DNA of 64,000 nucleotides. It comes from Clostridia bacterium. GTDB taxonomy: Bacteria; Bacillota; Clostridia; TANB77; CAG-508. Position 1 is the stretch's first letter. Every line of letters starts with the position of its first letter. The translations under genes and the position numbers were made by a program. The stretch is from positions 39,091 through 103,090 of the forward strand of contig JAFWDV010000018.1 of NCBI GenBank assembly GCA_017515985.1. The letters are read 5' to 3'. A model generated the notes under the pieces. The model saw nothing but the letters and a program-made list of their open reading frames with translations, ran no database searches and had not been told where the DNA came from. Of this stretch, positions 16,777-27,809 are shown in pieces.

Positions 16777-18078
16777 ATGAATATATTAGAAATAATTGCA
16801 AAAAAAAGAGATAATGCGAAGTTAAGTAAAGAGGAAATTGATTATTTTATAGAAAATTATACAAAGGGTGAGATAACAGATTATCAAGCTGCAGCCCTAG
16901 TTATGGCTATTTATATAAATGGAATGGATTACGAGGAAACGACAAATTTTACTTTAGCAATGGCAAAGTCTGGAGAAATACTTGATTTATCTGATTTAGG
17001 ATTTGTTGTTGATAAGCATAGTACAGGTGGGATTGGTGATAAGATAACGATGGTTTTGATGCCAATTGTTGCAGCACTCGGAATTCCAGCAGCTAAGATG
17101 TCTGGAAGAGGCCTTGGCTTTACTGGTGGAACTATTGATAAGCTTGAATCTATACCTGGCTATAACACAAGTATAAGTGTTGAAAAATTTAAAAACAACG
17201 TTAAAAATATTGGAATTAGCATAATGGGGCAAACATTAAATTTGGCACCAGCTGATAAGAAACTTTATGCACTTAGAGATACAATTTCTTGTGTTGGTAG
17301 TATTCCATTGATTGCATCTAGCATAATGAGTAAAAAGATTGCAGCAGGCGCAGATAAAATTGTTTTGGAAGTTACTGTTGGAAGCGGAGCGTTTATGAAA
17401 AATCTCGATGAGGCAAAAGAGCTTTCTGAAACTATGATTAATATTGGTAAACAGGCTGGAAAACAATCAATATGCGTGTTAACAAATATGAATGAACCAA
17501 TGGGATACAGTGTTGGAAATTCTCTAGAAGTAATAGAGACAATTGAAGCTTTGAGTGGAAAAATGGAAGAGGATATCAAGAAAGTTGTACTTGAACTTGG
17601 AAGTTATATGATAAAACTTGCAGGTAAAGGCGATGATATTGAAGCAAATAAAAAGATGATCCTTGAAATAATTGAGAGTGGGGAAGCATTGAATAAATTT
17701 AGGCAATTAGTTGAAAATCAAGGTGGAGATGTTTCATACATAGATGACGTATCTAAATTTGAAAGTGCAAAATATATCATACCAGTTTTGGCTGATAAAG
17801 CTGGATATGTTGCATCGATGGATAATGAAAAAATTGGATATATTTCTTGTTCATTGGGAGCAGGAAGAATAAGGAAAGAAGATGAAATTAACAATAGAGT
17901 TGGTCTTATTATAAAAAAGAAAATTGGAGATAAAGTTGATGTAGGGGATGTATTAGGTTATATCCATGCAGATGACGAAGAAGTTGGCAGCAGAGCGGCT
18001 AAGAGCTTAGTTGAGTGCTACAACTATAGTGAAGAATTTGTGGAAAAACAAAAACAAATTTTAGGAGTTCTTGAATAA
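16777..18078 (+). CDS. pdp: Pyrimidine-nucleoside (thymidine) phosphorylase
   Basis: DKHSTGGIGDKIT motif. The start at MNILEII is preferred over the longer track ORF. Confidence 0.8.
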   Translation: MNILEIIAKKRDNAKLSKEEIDYFIENYTKGEITDYQAAALVMAIYINGMDYEETTNFTLAMAKSGEILDLSDLGFVVDKHSTGGIGDKITMVLMPIVAALGIPAAKMSGRGLGFTGGTIDKLESIPGYNTSISVEKFKNNVKNIGISIMGQTLNLAPADKKLYALRDTISCVGSIPLIASSIMSKKIAAGADKIVLEVTVGSGAFMKNLDEAKELSETMINIGKQAGKQSICVLTNMNEPMGYSVGNSLEVIETIEALSGKMEEDIKKVVLELGSYMIKLAGKGDDIEANKKMILEIIESGEALNKFRQLVENQGGDVSYIDDVSKFESAKYIIPVLADKAGYVASMDNEKIGYISCSLGAGRIRKEDEINNRVGLIIKKKIGDKVDVGDVLGYIHADDEEVGSRAAKSLVECYNYSEEFVEKQKQILGVLE

Positions 18079-18087
18079 AAAGTTAAA

Positions 18088-18135
18088 AAATTGGGGACGG
18101 AGGAAAAAATTTCTTCCGTCTCCAAAAATTTTTTC
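18088..18135. repeat. Palindromic GGGACGG intergenic repeat, copy 2
   Basis: TTGGGGACGGAGGAAAAAATTTCTTCCGTCTCCAAAAATT. Lies between the convergent pdp and dipeptidase genes. Confidence 0.65.
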
Positions 18136-19536
18136 TTAGTCTGAAGTTAGTTTCCAAATTGCTTTTATATAGATTTCAACCGCGGTTAAAAGGTTACTTA
18201 TTTCAATGTATTCATCAGCTTGATGGCATAAGTCAACGTGCCCTGGCATATTGCATCCAAATGATACCACGTTTTTGAAAGCCCTTGCATATGTAGCTCC
18301 ATTGCATGTGATTGGCTCCGCATTTTGTCCAGTTACTTCGTTAAATACATCGCATAATGTTGTAACTAAAAAATCGTTTTTTGGTACATGTAGTGCTGGT
18401 TTTTCATCACTAAATTTCACGCATACATCACCATAATCGATAGTAGAATCTGCAATTTTTTGCTTTATTATTGTTGGGTATATCGTTACAGGAATTCTTA
18501 AGTTTAGCCCAATTGTAAGATTATCATTTTCAAATTTTAGATTTGAAATATTGATTGTTAAGTTTCCTGATTCATCCTCGCAATTCATATCTAATAATTC
18601 GCCATTAAAGGTTGTATTTATTTTTTCATCTACATATTTTAAAATTGGAATGTTTATATTGTACAAATCGAAAATTCTATTTAAAAGTATAAGCAATCTT
18701 GATAAAGCATTTACTCCTAAATCAGGATGGGCAGAATGTGCTGCAACTCCTGTTGATATTAATTTTACTTTTGTGTCATTTATTTTTTCCATTTTGATAT
18801 GAAAATTGTTTTCAGATACTATGTTATAAATTTCTGATTCAAAAGTACTTAAATCTATATCACATAGGCATAATTCACATTCAGCATATTTTGGCACTAT
18901 ATTTATTGCATTATCACATGTTAAACTATTAATCTTTATATTTTCTGTACTTGGAATGTGTCCATCAATATATGCGTTTAGGAAGCCTTTTTCAGCGTAT
19001 ATACATGGAAAATCGGCATCAGGACTAAAGCCTATTGTTGGTAATTCTTCATGACTTTTGTAGTATTCTATACATTTCCATGAAACCTCTTCGTTTAGGC
19101 CAATTATTAAACGAACTCTTTTGTGGACGTTCATTGTATCCATTACATATTTCATAGCATAAAGTGAGGCAACAACGGGACCTTTATCATCAATTGCACC
19201 TCTACCATATAGTTTATCGTCTTCAATTATTGGTTCGAAAGGTTTGCATTTTGTCCATCCATCACCTGCAGGAACGACATCCAAATGCCCAATAATACCA
19301 AGCATTTCATCGCCTTCACCAAATTCAATATAACCGCAATATCCATCGATATTCTTTGTTTTAAATCCCATAGATTTTGCTAAATCTAAAGTATAATTTA
19401 ATGCTTTTGTACATTCTTCACCAAATGGATTTTTAGAATCATTTTCGTTTTCGATAGATATACTAGGAATTTTTATTAATTCACATATTGTGCTCAATAT
19501 GTTATCTTTATTTTCTTCTATAAATCTATTTATCAT
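18136..19536 (-). CDS. pepV: M20-family dipeptidase (PepV/Sapep-like)
   Basis: GRGAIDDKGP and HLDVVP motifs. 466 aa. Confidence 0.75.
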   Translation of the reverse strand: MINRFIEENKDNILSTICELIKIPSISIENENDSKNPFGEECTKALNYTLDLAKSMGFKTKNIDGYCGYIEFGEGDEMLGIIGHLDVVPAGDGWTKCKPFEPIIEDDKLYGRGAIDDKGPVVASLYAMKYVMDTMNVHKRVRLIIGLNEEVSWKCIEYYKSHEELPTIGFSPDADFPCIYAEKGFLNAYIDGHIPSTENIKINSLTCDNAINIVPKYAECELCLCDIDLSTFESEIYNIVSENNFHIKMEKINDTKVKLISTGVAAHSAHPDLGVNALSRLLILLNRIFDLYNINIPILKYVDEKINTTFNGELLDMNCEDESGNLTINISNLKFENDNLTIGLNLRIPVTIYPTIIKQKIADSTIDYGDVCVKFSDEKPALHVPKNDFLVTTLCDVFNEVTGQNAEPITCNGATYARAFKNVVSFGCNMPGHVDLCHQADEYIEISNLLTAVEIYIKAIWKLTSD

Positions 19537-19661
19537 ATGTAGCCTCCTTTTTTGAAATTATATACAAAAAGATGTATAATGACAAGGACTTAAATTTTAA
19601 AAGAAAGGGTTAGTCAATTTAATGAATTAGCATTTCTTATAATTGATTATATGATTTATTT

Positions 19662-20354
19662 ATGAAGAATATTAGTAAAAAAATTAGGGAAGAGCTTCTA
19701 AATTTAAAGGATGAAAAGTATAAGGAATTTCATAAATCACTTTGCAAAACTTCTAAACATGAGATTATTGGAGTTAGACTTCCTGATGTTAAAAAAATAG
19801 CTAAAAAATATATGTCTGAAAATTATCAGGATTTTTTATCAGATGAAGACATTAAATATTATGAAGAATTCTTGATAAAAGGAATTATGATAGGCCTATC
19901 GAAAGAGCCGATTGATAATGTATTTGATTATTTAGATAAATTTGTTCCTACAATTGATAATTGGGCAATTTGTGATTCTACTTGTGCTTCATTAAAAATA
20001 ACGAAGAAAAATATGAATGAAATGTTTGAATATTTGCAGAAATACGTAAAGTCTGAGCGTGAATATGAAGTAAGATTTGTGCTAGTTATGTATCTAGATT
20101 TTTATATGGATAGTGAATACATAACAGAAATATTTAAGCAAATTGATAAAATAAATAGGGAAGAGTACTATATTAAAATGGCTGTTGCATGGCTTATTTC
20201 TGTGGCTTTTGTAAAGCAAAGAAATATCACATTACAATTCCTAAAAGAAACAAACATTGACGATTGGACATATAACAAAGCAATACAAAAAATAATTGAA
20301 TCATATAGGGTATCTGAAGAAGATAAAAAAATGTTAAGAAATATGAAAAAATAA
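19662..20354 (+). CDS. DNA alkylation repair protein (AlkD-like HEAT-repeat glycosylase family)
   Basis: About 230 aa. N-terminal region typical of this family. Confidence 0.6.
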   Translation: MKNISKKIREELLNLKDEKYKEFHKSLCKTSKHEIIGVRLPDVKKIAKKYMSENYQDFLSDEDIKYYEEFLIKGIMIGLSKEPIDNVFDYLDKFVPTIDNWAICDSTCASLKITKKNMNEMFEYLQKYVKSEREYEVRFVLVMYLDFYMDSEYITEIFKQIDKINREEYYIKMAVAWLISVAFVKQRNITLQFLKETNIDDWTYNKAIQKIIESYRVSEEDKKMLRNMKK

Positions 20355-20355
20355 T

Positions 20356-20391
20356 AAAAAAAGCCACGCGGATAGAATCCACGTGGTTTTT
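20356..20391. terminator. Bidirectional intrinsic terminator
   Basis: A-run, then stem GCCACGCGGA...TCCACGTGG, then T5. Confidence 0.5.
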
Positions 20392-20407
20392 CGAAGGCTA
20401 GGAACCT

Positions 20408-20746
20408 TTACTTATTGAGATATTCTACATAACTTTCCCAGTCTTCTTTTTCTTCATCCGATAGCTCATCAAAAGCCTGTTCTGCTGTGATAAGTCTACC
20501 AGTATCGTTCAATACGTCCTCGCTGAAATAGTCGAGGTCGTCATATACGATACGTTTGTGGTTGGTAAGACCCTCAAGCTGCCGAGCTTCAATGACCTTT
20601 TCTTCAACTGTTTTTCCGCTGAGTTCATCAATGGAATCGACATTTCCTTTGTCAGCCAAATACAGTGTACTTCCAACGATAAGGTAGCCATTAAAAAAGC
20701 TGTCCATATCGCTGAGAAGTGTGTGCTTACCAGAAATCATACTCAT
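20408..20746 (-). CDS. GC-richer acidic hypothetical protein (112 aa; acidic C-terminus DELSDEEKEDWESYVEYLNK)
   Basis: ATG 9 nt after GAAAGGAAG. Consensus promoter upstream. G+C noticeably above the flanking genes. Confidence 0.55.
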   Translation of the reverse strand: MSMISGKHTLLSDMDSFFNGYLIVGSTLYLADKGNVDSIDELSGKTVEEKVIEARQLEGLTNHKRIVYDDLDYFSEDVLNDTGRLITAEQAFDELSDEEKEDWESYVEYLNK

Positions 20747-20814
20747 GGTAATCAACTTCCTTTCTCATAAGTCGAAAGTCGGATATTCTATCATACACTT
20801 TCGTGTAGAGCTAT

Positions 20815-20843
20815 ATTATATCATATTTTAAGTATTTGTCAAC
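20815..20843 (-). promoter_or_regulatory. Consensus sigma-A promoter TTGACA-17-TATAAT for the acidic ORF
   Basis: Seen directly on the minus strand. Confidence 0.5.
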
Positions 20844-20866
20844 ATAATGTAGAAAATTTACATAAA

Positions 20867-22258
20867 TTAGAATTCGCAATTTCCAGGTGTTCTTGGGAAT
20901 GGTATTACGTCTCTTATATTTTGCATTCCTGTTAAATACATAATTGCTCTTTCAAATCCCAAACCGAAACCACTATGAACAACACTTCCGTATTTTCTTA
21001 AATCTAAATACCAGTTATATTCTTCAACAGGCATATTTAGCTCTTTCATTCTTGATTCAAGTTTTTCATAGTTTTCTTCTCTTTGGCTTCCACCAATTAT
21101 TTCGCCAATTCCAGGAGCTAATAAATCTGCAGCTGCAACAGTTTTTCCATCTGGATTTTGCTTCATATAAAATGCTTTTATTTCTGCTGGATAATCTGTT
21201 ACGAATACAGGCTTTTTGAATACTTGCTCGCATAAATATCTTTCATGCTCTGTTTGTAAATCTATACCCCAGCTAACTGGATACTCAAATTTATCGTTAA
21301 CTTTTTCAAGCTCTTTAACAGCATCGGTATATGAAATTCTTGCAAAATCTGAATGTATAACATTATTTAATCTATCTAATAATCCTTTATCTATAAAATT
21401 ATTGAAAAATTGCATTTCTTCAGGACAATGCTCTAATACATATGAAAAGATGTATTTTATCATTTCTTCAGCTAAATCCATATCGTCTTTTAAGTCGGCA
21501 AAACAAATTTCTGGTTCAATCATCCAAAATTCAGCAGCATGCTTAACTGTGTTAGAATTTTCAGCTCTGAATGTAGGGCCAAATGTATATACGTTTCTAA
21601 ATGCAGTTGCATATGTTTCTACATCTAGTTGTCCACTAACTGTTAAATGAGTAGGTTTATTGAAAAAGTCTTGTGAGTAATCAACTTGACCATCTTCAGT
21701 TTTTGGAATGTTGTTGAAATCAAAGGAACTAACGTTAAACATTTCACCAGCACCTTCACAGTCGCTTGATGTGATTAGAGGAGTGTGTACATATACAAAT
21801 CCTTTTTCTTGGAAGAATTTGTGAATAGCATATGCTAAAGTACTTCTAACTCTAAATACTGCGTTGAACGTATTTGTTCTTGGACGTAGATGTGAAATTG
21901 TTCTTAAATATTCAAATGTGTGTCTCTTTTTTTGAAGTGGGTATTCTTGTGGACAAAGATTTAGAATTTCTACAGCTGTTGCTTGAATTTCAAATTTTTG
22001 CTTTGCATTAGGTGTAAGAGTCACAGTACCTGTTACGGCGATTGAAGAGCTAATTGTTAATTTACAAATCTCTTCAAAATTTTTCAAACTGTTGTTAAAA
22101 ACAATTTGAATGTTGCTGAAGAATGATCCATCATTTAATTCGATAAATCCAAATGTTTTCGAATCACGAACAGTTTTTACCCATCCTTCTAAAGTAACTT
22201 CTTTGTTTTCGTAATCACTAGTGTTTTTAAATAAATCCTTAATAGTTAATTTTTCCAT
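20867..22258 (-). CDS. asnS: Asparaginyl-tRNA synthetase
   Basis: Class II aaRS motifs and an OB-fold N-terminus. Start MEKLTIKD 8 nt after AAAGGAG. Confidence 0.85.
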   Translation of the reverse strand: MEKLTIKDLFKNTSDYENKEVTLEGWVKTVRDSKTFGFIELNDGSFFSNIQIVFNNSLKNFEEICKLTISSSIAVTGTVTLTPNAKQKFEIQATAVEILNLCPQEYPLQKKRHTFEYLRTISHLRPRTNTFNAVFRVRSTLAYAIHKFFQEKGFVYVHTPLITSSDCEGAGEMFNVSSFDFNNIPKTEDGQVDYSQDFFNKPTHLTVSGQLDVETYATAFRNVYTFGPTFRAENSNTVKHAAEFWMIEPEICFADLKDDMDLAEEMIKYIFSYVLEHCPEEMQFFNNFIDKGLLDRLNNVIHSDFARISYTDAVKELEKVNDKFEYPVSWGIDLQTEHERYLCEQVFKKPVFVTDYPAEIKAFYMKQNPDGKTVAAADLLAPGIGEIIGGSQREENYEKLESRMKELNMPVEEYNWYLDLRKYGSVVHSGFGLGFERAIMYLTGMQNIRDVIPFPRTPGNCEF

Positions 22259-22284
22259 AATAAAATAATCTCCTTTCAAATTAA

Positions 22285-22560
22285 ATTTTTTATTGCAATG
22301 GATAATTTATAAAACAAAAATCGTCCACTGCATAAATGCAGGGACGAATAATTTCATCGTGGTGCCACCCGGCTTCGAAAAACAAAAATGTTTTTCCTTA
22401 ATTCAAAAATTGCTCCAATGTGTTAGTCAATTAGTTTTTTCTAATAAAGGCTTTCAGCGCAGTCACCTTTAATCTCTTTTAGATCTTTCTAATTGCTCGT
22501 CATTTTCATAGCAATTGTTATTTTATTACGTGGACATTTTACAGGAAATTTTAGTATTTG
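22285..22560 (-). promoter_or_regulatory. T-box riboswitch leader of asnS
   Basis: Minus strand carries a T-box-like GGGTGGCACCACG antiterminator sequence, followed by the terminator hairpin CGTCCCTGCAT...ATGCAGTGGACG plus a T-run, upstream of the asnS RBS. Confidence 0.6.
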
Positions 22561-22663
22561 TCAATATTTATGTAGCTAAATAATGCAATCGTTGAAATAT
22601 ATCTATTTATGTGTTATATATTTCAATATAGTTAGTATGTAAATTGATTTAGGAGATGATGAA

Positions 22664-23110
22664 ATGAAAGTTGTTATACAAAGAGTAAAGTATGCGAGTG
22701 TTACGGTTGATGATGAAATTGTTGGGAGTATTGATAAAGGTTATTTGATTTTGCTGGGGATAGGTCATGAAGACGATGAGAATACTGTTGATAAATATGT
22801 GAAAAAAATTTCAAATCTTCGAATTTTTGAGGATGAAAATAATAAAATGAATAAATCTATAATTGATATATGTGGAGATATTTTAGTAGTGTCACAATTT
22901 ACTTTATATGCTGATTGTACAAGAGGAAATAGGCCAAGTTTTGTAAATGCCGGAAAGCCTGAAATGGCTAACGAATTGTACGAGTATTTTAAAAAGAAAT
23001 GCAGCGAATATGTAAACAAAGTTGAATCCGGTGTTTTTGGGGCTGATATGAAAGTAGAGCTTTTGAACGATGGGCCGGTGACAATTATTTTGGATGAAGA
23101 TAGCATATAA
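22664..23110 (+). CDS. dtd: D-aminoacyl-tRNA deacylase
   Basis: MKVVIQRV...SQFTLYAD motifs. 148 aa. Confidence 0.85.
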   Translation: MKVVIQRVKYASVTVDDEIVGSIDKGYLILLGIGHEDDENTVDKYVKKISNLRIFEDENNKMNKSIIDICGDILVVSQFTLYADCTRGNRPSFVNAGKPEMANELYEYFKKKCSEYVNKVESGVFGADMKVELLNDGPVTIILDEDSI

Positions 23111-23194
23111 ACTATATTGAAATATTAAAATTTGATTGATATAATTCATTTGTAGGAAAATAGAATTTGATTTATGTAATGAAGGAGGCCATGT

Positions 23195-23641
23195 ATGGAA
23201 ATATCTCAGAATTACAAAAATGCATTCACAGAAGTATACACAATTTTGGATTATGTTGAAGATGAAGATTATAACAAAATACCAGAAGAGGTCTTAAACG
23301 TTATTGAAGAGAATAGAAATATAGATTACGAATATGAAATGAATAATGATTTAGACATATATAAGCAAACAATGTTGCCAGAGACAAAGGCGATATTGTT
23401 TAATTTTTATAGGGATTACTGGTGTAGTACAGAGCAACGTGAAAAAATAAAAAAAATTCAAGAGCATGAATTGAATCTGGATGATGAAAGAAAAAAGAAA
23501 AAATACAACGTCGATGTTTTTGGTACTAAAAATGTAACTGAATCACCAATTGAAGAGTGTGTAGCTCTCATAGAAAAGAAACAAGAATCTTTCTTTACAC
23601 GTATAATTAACAAGATACGACGTTTTTTGGGAAAGAAGTAA
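23195..23641 (+). CDS. Hypothetical protein (148 aa)
   Basis: RBS GAAGGAGG. No family recognised. Confidence 0.45.
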   Translation: MEISQNYKNAFTEVYTILDYVEDEDYNKIPEEVLNVIEENRNIDYEYEMNNDLDIYKQTMLPETKAILFNFYRDYWCSTEQREKIKKIQEHELNLDDERKKKKYNVDVFGTKNVTESPIEECVALIEKKQESFFTRIINKIRRFLGKK

Positions 23642-23684
23642 ATGGAATGAAAGCGTAAGATAATTTCATGTTGGGAGATATACT

Positions 23685-26600
23685 ATGGATGGAAATGAAG
23701 GTTTATTAGAAGAAATAAAAGAAAAATTTAGTATAGAAAATTATAACTTAGTTCAAGATGAAGACAATTATTATTTATTTAGGGCTCTTAACAACGGTGA
23801 TCATAATGACATGCAAAGCGGAGTTACAAGAAGTAACGGAGGTGATCTTACTCATATAAGAACTGATAGAGCAAGGTATGTTGAAAATCCAGATAATACA
23901 GAGCCTCTATATGAAGAAGATGAAGAGATTTCGATTGTGCAAGTTATAGACCATATTAAAAGAGGACATAGAATTGATACAAATTGTATCTCTTTGTCAA
24001 GTAATGCAAATGTTTCTATTATATATGGCAATGGTTATTATCACGATGAGTATGTGGTTATAAAAGTTCCAAAAGATAGATTAAGGGAGCAGGTACATAA
24101 TGCAAGTGAATATATGCTTATGGAAATGGAAAAGCGTATTCAAGATGCTGTAGAAATGGCAGAAGATGATGATATTTCAGAATTAATTCAGAGAATTGAC
24201 GTAGCACAAAGTATGGATGAATTAATGGGAATTGTATCTAGTACATATAGGATGCCCGAGACTAGTGATGAAACAACGATGTATTCTGGACCAGCTGGAG
24301 AGGCTAAAAGAAGAGCTCCGTTAAGAAGTAGGTTTAGTAGATATCCTACCTTAAGTGAAGAGCAGAATTTGCTTAAAAACAAAATAATTGCTAAGCTAAC
24401 ACTTTTAGAAGAAAGAGATATTATGGACCCAATTGTTTCTCATAATAGGTTTGATACAACGGCGATTAGAACGTTAGGAATGGCAATATCTTCAAGTGAA
24501 ATACTGCACTATGGAGATATTCAAGTATTGGGAGAAAATGGAAAAGCACAGGTGTATGAGGTTCAAAAAGAGCTAATGCACTGTTTGGGCTTATTGCAAC
24601 AGGTGGTGGAAAAAAGACCGGACCTTTCAAATAGAGCTCATCAAATTGAAAATGAGATAATAAGACAAATTGCAAGTGGTGAGAGGGTTTCAATGAGAGC
24701 AGGCTCACAGGATGAAACAGTTCCTACTGGATTATCAGTGAAGCAGACATATGAATTATGTGGTGGAAAATTACAATATGAAGATGCCAGAGATACCTTT
24801 GAGAAGATTTTCTATTTATCTAAATCGGCAGTAGGTGCTAGAAAATATGGCAATTTAATAGATGAATTAACAGGAAACAGGGAAGAAAATCAAGAGGTTA
24901 TTGAAGCAATTTCAACAATTGCATTAGATGTCAATCCACAATTAATGGACAGAAAAGGAAAATCTGAATATAAGATTAGTGAGTCTGTAAGTGTGCCTTT
25001 AATGAAGTATGAAGATGGATTGGTGCAGGATATACAAAGTAGAACAACTAATGAGCTTGAAGGGGTTATTAGTAACGGAGTACAAAGTGTAGATGTAATT
25101 AATAATCTAAGTAGAATTCAGGATGAACCAGTTATCCCGATAGATGAGTATTATGCAAGAGCAATATTTAACGAATATGACTGGGAGAGCAATCATATTC
25201 GTTTCTCTCAGGCACACAAAGAGAAATTAATAAAGAGGCTCAAAGAAAGAAAAATTTCGACAATATATGAAGCTTTAAAGGATGCTGGAATTGATGAAAG
25301 TATTCTTCCTGGAATAATTCTGAATTTAATTATTGCCGATAAAGATGGCGATGATAGAATTCTTGAAAGTATTGAGCAAGGGAATGTGCCAGATGAGATA
25401 ACTGAAAAACTAAATGATGAAAATGATGAACTTCAAGCACCAATTAGAGCAGATAAAATTGAGGATTATCTTGATTTCTATAAAGTTGAAGGGACTGATA
25501 TTAAATTAAGGGATTACCAACAAAGTGCAATTAATAATATTGAAAAAATATTTGAAACTCATAGATTTGCATCAGTAGTTTTTCCTACTGGAGCTGGTAA
25601 AAGTTTTGTTGCGATTGCGGAACTCCTTAAGCAAAAAGCTAAATCAGCAGATGGAAAAGTTTTGTATTTAGCTCCATCAGATGAAATTTTGGAGCAAATT
25701 AAAAAGTATGCTGAAAGGTATGTACATGGAGAGAAGCTTAACAAAACAAGAGAGCAAATTTTTAAAGAAGTATTTCCAAATGTTGAACTTGCAACGTATC
25801 AAAGCTTATTAACGAAAAGTGATGAAGAGCTAAGGAGTATGCAATATGACTATATTATTTTAGATGAGTTACACAGAACTGGTGCCGAAAAATGGGGAGA
25901 GCAGTTAAAGAAACTTTTGGAGGCTCAAGCTGATAGTACAAAAGTTTTAGGAATAACTGCAACGCCTGAAAGAGATGTCGATAATAGAAATATGGCGGAT
26001 GAGATGGCCAGTTTATTGGGCTTTTCAAGTGAAGAAATAAAAAGCAGAAAACACATTGCTAAAAATATGGGTTTAATAGATGCTATAAGATTGGGAATAG
26101 TTGTTGCTCCGAAAATTGTGGAATGTGATTATAGCCTAAAGAATGACCATGAGAGATGGGATTCATTGCTAGAGCTGATTAACGAAATGGAAGAAGGACC
26201 TAAGAAGGAAGAATTTGAACGAAAATATAATGAACTTCGATCAAAAGTTGAAAATGCTCAAGGAATTCCGGAGCTATTTAGAGATAATATCGTAAAAAAA
26301 GATGGTAGATATATCTTTTACATGCCAATCGGTACAAATGATTACATCGAAGATGAAGAAGGTAATATTATTGGAACTAAATCTGGAGAAGAGAAGGTTA
26401 AACAGGCCCAGGAGCAGCTAAGAGAATGGTTAAAATATGTAGATGGTGAGCCGGAGTTTTATTCTATGCTTGGTTCGTATGGTAAAAGGAGAAATACACA
26501 GGAGTTAAATGCTTTTGAGGAATCAAGTAGCGAGCACGTTAAAGTTATGATTGTAATGAACAAATTAAATGAAGGTGTTCATGTTAGAGGTATAAATGGA

Positions 26601-27809
26601 ATTTTTTGGCAAAGGGCTTTAGATGAGCAATCAAGAATATTACTATTACAGCAATTGGGAAGGGCTATATATTCTACTAAAGAGGGAGAAGAAATTAGTG
26701 AAGAAGATAGACCGGTTGTAATTGATCTTCCAAACAATATGTCAAGAGTTGACTTAAACAAAGTTATAAATACATATAGTGAACAAGAGGACATAGTAAT
26801 TCTTCAAAATATACTTGATTGGATTCATGATAATGATGAAATATTGCCCGATATAAATTCTCAATTTAAAGAAGAATCTAGATTGGCTGGGGAATTGAAG
26901 AGAATTCAAAAGAGATACTCTAAATATAGAAATGATAACGAATTTAACAAACTTGAAAATGATGTTGCTGAAAATGTGTCAACTATTTTGGATATGGGAT
27001 CGGAAATTGATTTATGGGATATTGAACTGCCAAATAGAATTATAAATAAGAATGGAAATAAAGAAATAAATGGTGAAGATGAAGATATAGAAGATTTTAT
27101 AGTTGAAGGTGTGGCAAAAGAATTTGCAGACTTTGTAAACCATATAGATGAAATAAATAGTAAAAATGCGGTTGAAAAATTTATAATTAAATTATCAAAA
27201 TTAAAGGGATTTGGAATTGATACTAGTAAAATTGCTAACAGAGATACAATAAGGACATTGGCTGAAAAATCTGGAATTGAAGAAAAAGAATTTGAAAAAA
27301 TGGTAAATGATGGATTGGAATTAGATGATAAAATAGGAGCAACTAAGGCTAATATTGCACAGGCATACAGAGGAAATGGAGATTATACTTCGCCAACAGA
27401 AGAACAGGTAAGAATTTTAAGAGATGAATATGGAATTTCGTTAGAAAGGCAAGAAAATGCGACACAGATATTTATTGATAAGTTAAAGATTTTGAAAAAA
27501 TATAAAATTGATACTAGTAAAATTGCTGACATAGATACAATAAGGACAATGGCAGAAAAATCTGGAATTGAAGAAACAGAATTTGAAAAAATGGTAAACG
27601 ATGGATTGAAATTAGAAGATAAAATAGGAAGAACTAAAGCTAATATTGGAAGTGCATACAGAGGAACAGGAAAAGGTGCTCCGCCAACAGAAGAACAGGT
27701 AAGAATTTTAAAGGATGAATATGGAATTTCGTTAGAAAGGCAAGAAAGAGAAAATGGGACACAGATATTTATTGATAAGTTAAAAATATTAAAAAATATG
27801 CGGAATTGA
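23685..27809 (+). CDS. Very large SF2 helicase-domain protein (1374 aa as read) with an uncharacterised ~600-aa N-terminus; reading frame breaks inside C-terminal tandem repeats
   Basis: Walker A FPTGAGKSF. DEAH-like ILDELHR. Motif III LGITATPER. Motif VI QQLGRAIY. The ORF ends at MRN* inside a repeat unit. Confidence 0.6.
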   Translation: MDGNEGLLEEIKEKFSIENYNLVQDEDNYYLFRALNNGDHNDMQSGVTRSNGGDLTHIRTDRARYVENPDNTEPLYEEDEEISIVQVIDHIKRGHRIDTNCISLSSNANVSIIYGNGYYHDEYVVIKVPKDRLREQVHNASEYMLMEMEKRIQDAVEMAEDDDISELIQRIDVAQSMDELMGIVSSTYRMPETSDETTMYSGPAGEAKRRAPLRSRFSRYPTLSEEQNLLKNKIIAKLTLLEERDIMDPIVSHNRFDTTAIRTLGMAISSSEILHYGDIQVLGENGKAQVYEVQKELMHCLGLLQQVVEKRPDLSNRAHQIENEIIRQIASGERVSMRAGSQDETVPTGLSVKQTYELCGGKLQYEDARDTFEKIFYLSKSAVGARKYGNLIDELTGNREENQEVIEAISTIALDVNPQLMDRKGKSEYKISESVSVPLMKYEDGLVQDIQSRTTNELEGVISNGVQSVDVINNLSRIQDEPVIPIDEYYARAIFNEYDWESNHIRFSQAHKEKLIKRLKERKISTIYEALKDAGIDESILPGIILNLIIADKDGDDRILESIEQGNVPDEITEKLNDENDELQAPIRADKIEDYLDFYKVEGTDIKLRDYQQSAINNIEKIFETHRFASVVFPTGAGKSFVAIAELLKQKAKSADGKVLYLAPSDEILEQIKKYAERYVHGEKLNKTREQIFKEVFPNVELATYQSLLTKSDEELRSMQYDYIILDELHRTGAEKWGEQLKKLLEAQADSTKVLGITATPERDVDNRNMADEMASLLGFSSEEIKSRKHIAKNMGLIDAIRLGIVVAPKIVECDYSLKNDHERWDSLLELINEMEEGPKKEEFERKYNELRSKVENAQGIPELFRDNIVKKDGRYIFYMPIGTNDYIEDEEGNIIGTKSGEEKVKQAQEQLREWLKYVDGEPEFYSMLGSYGKRRNTQELNAFEESSSEHVKVMIVMNKLNEGVHVRGINGIFWQRALDEQSRILLLQQLGRAIYSTKEGEEISEEDRPVVIDLPNNMSRVDLNKVINTYSEQEDIVILQNILDWIHDNDEILPDINSQFKEESRLAGELKRIQKRYSKYRNDNEFNKLENDVAENVSTILDMGSEIDLWDIELPNRIINKNGNKEINGEDEDIEDFIVEGVAKEFADFVNHIDEINSKNAVEKFIIKLSKLKGFGIDTSKIANRDTIRTLAEKSGIEEKEFEKMVNDGLELDDKIGATKANIAQAYRGNGDYTSPTEEQVRILRDEYGISLERQENATQIFIDKLKILKKYKIDTSKIADIDTIRTMAEKSGIEETEFEKMVNDGLKLEDKIGRTKANIGSAYRGTGKGAPPTEEQVRILKDEYGISLERQERENGTQIFIDKLKILKNMRN

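Noticed and set aside
22322-22352. GGGACG motif resembling the GGGACGG repeat family.
   Set aside because: It is part of the asnS T-box terminator hairpin. The rest of the repeat consensus is absent.
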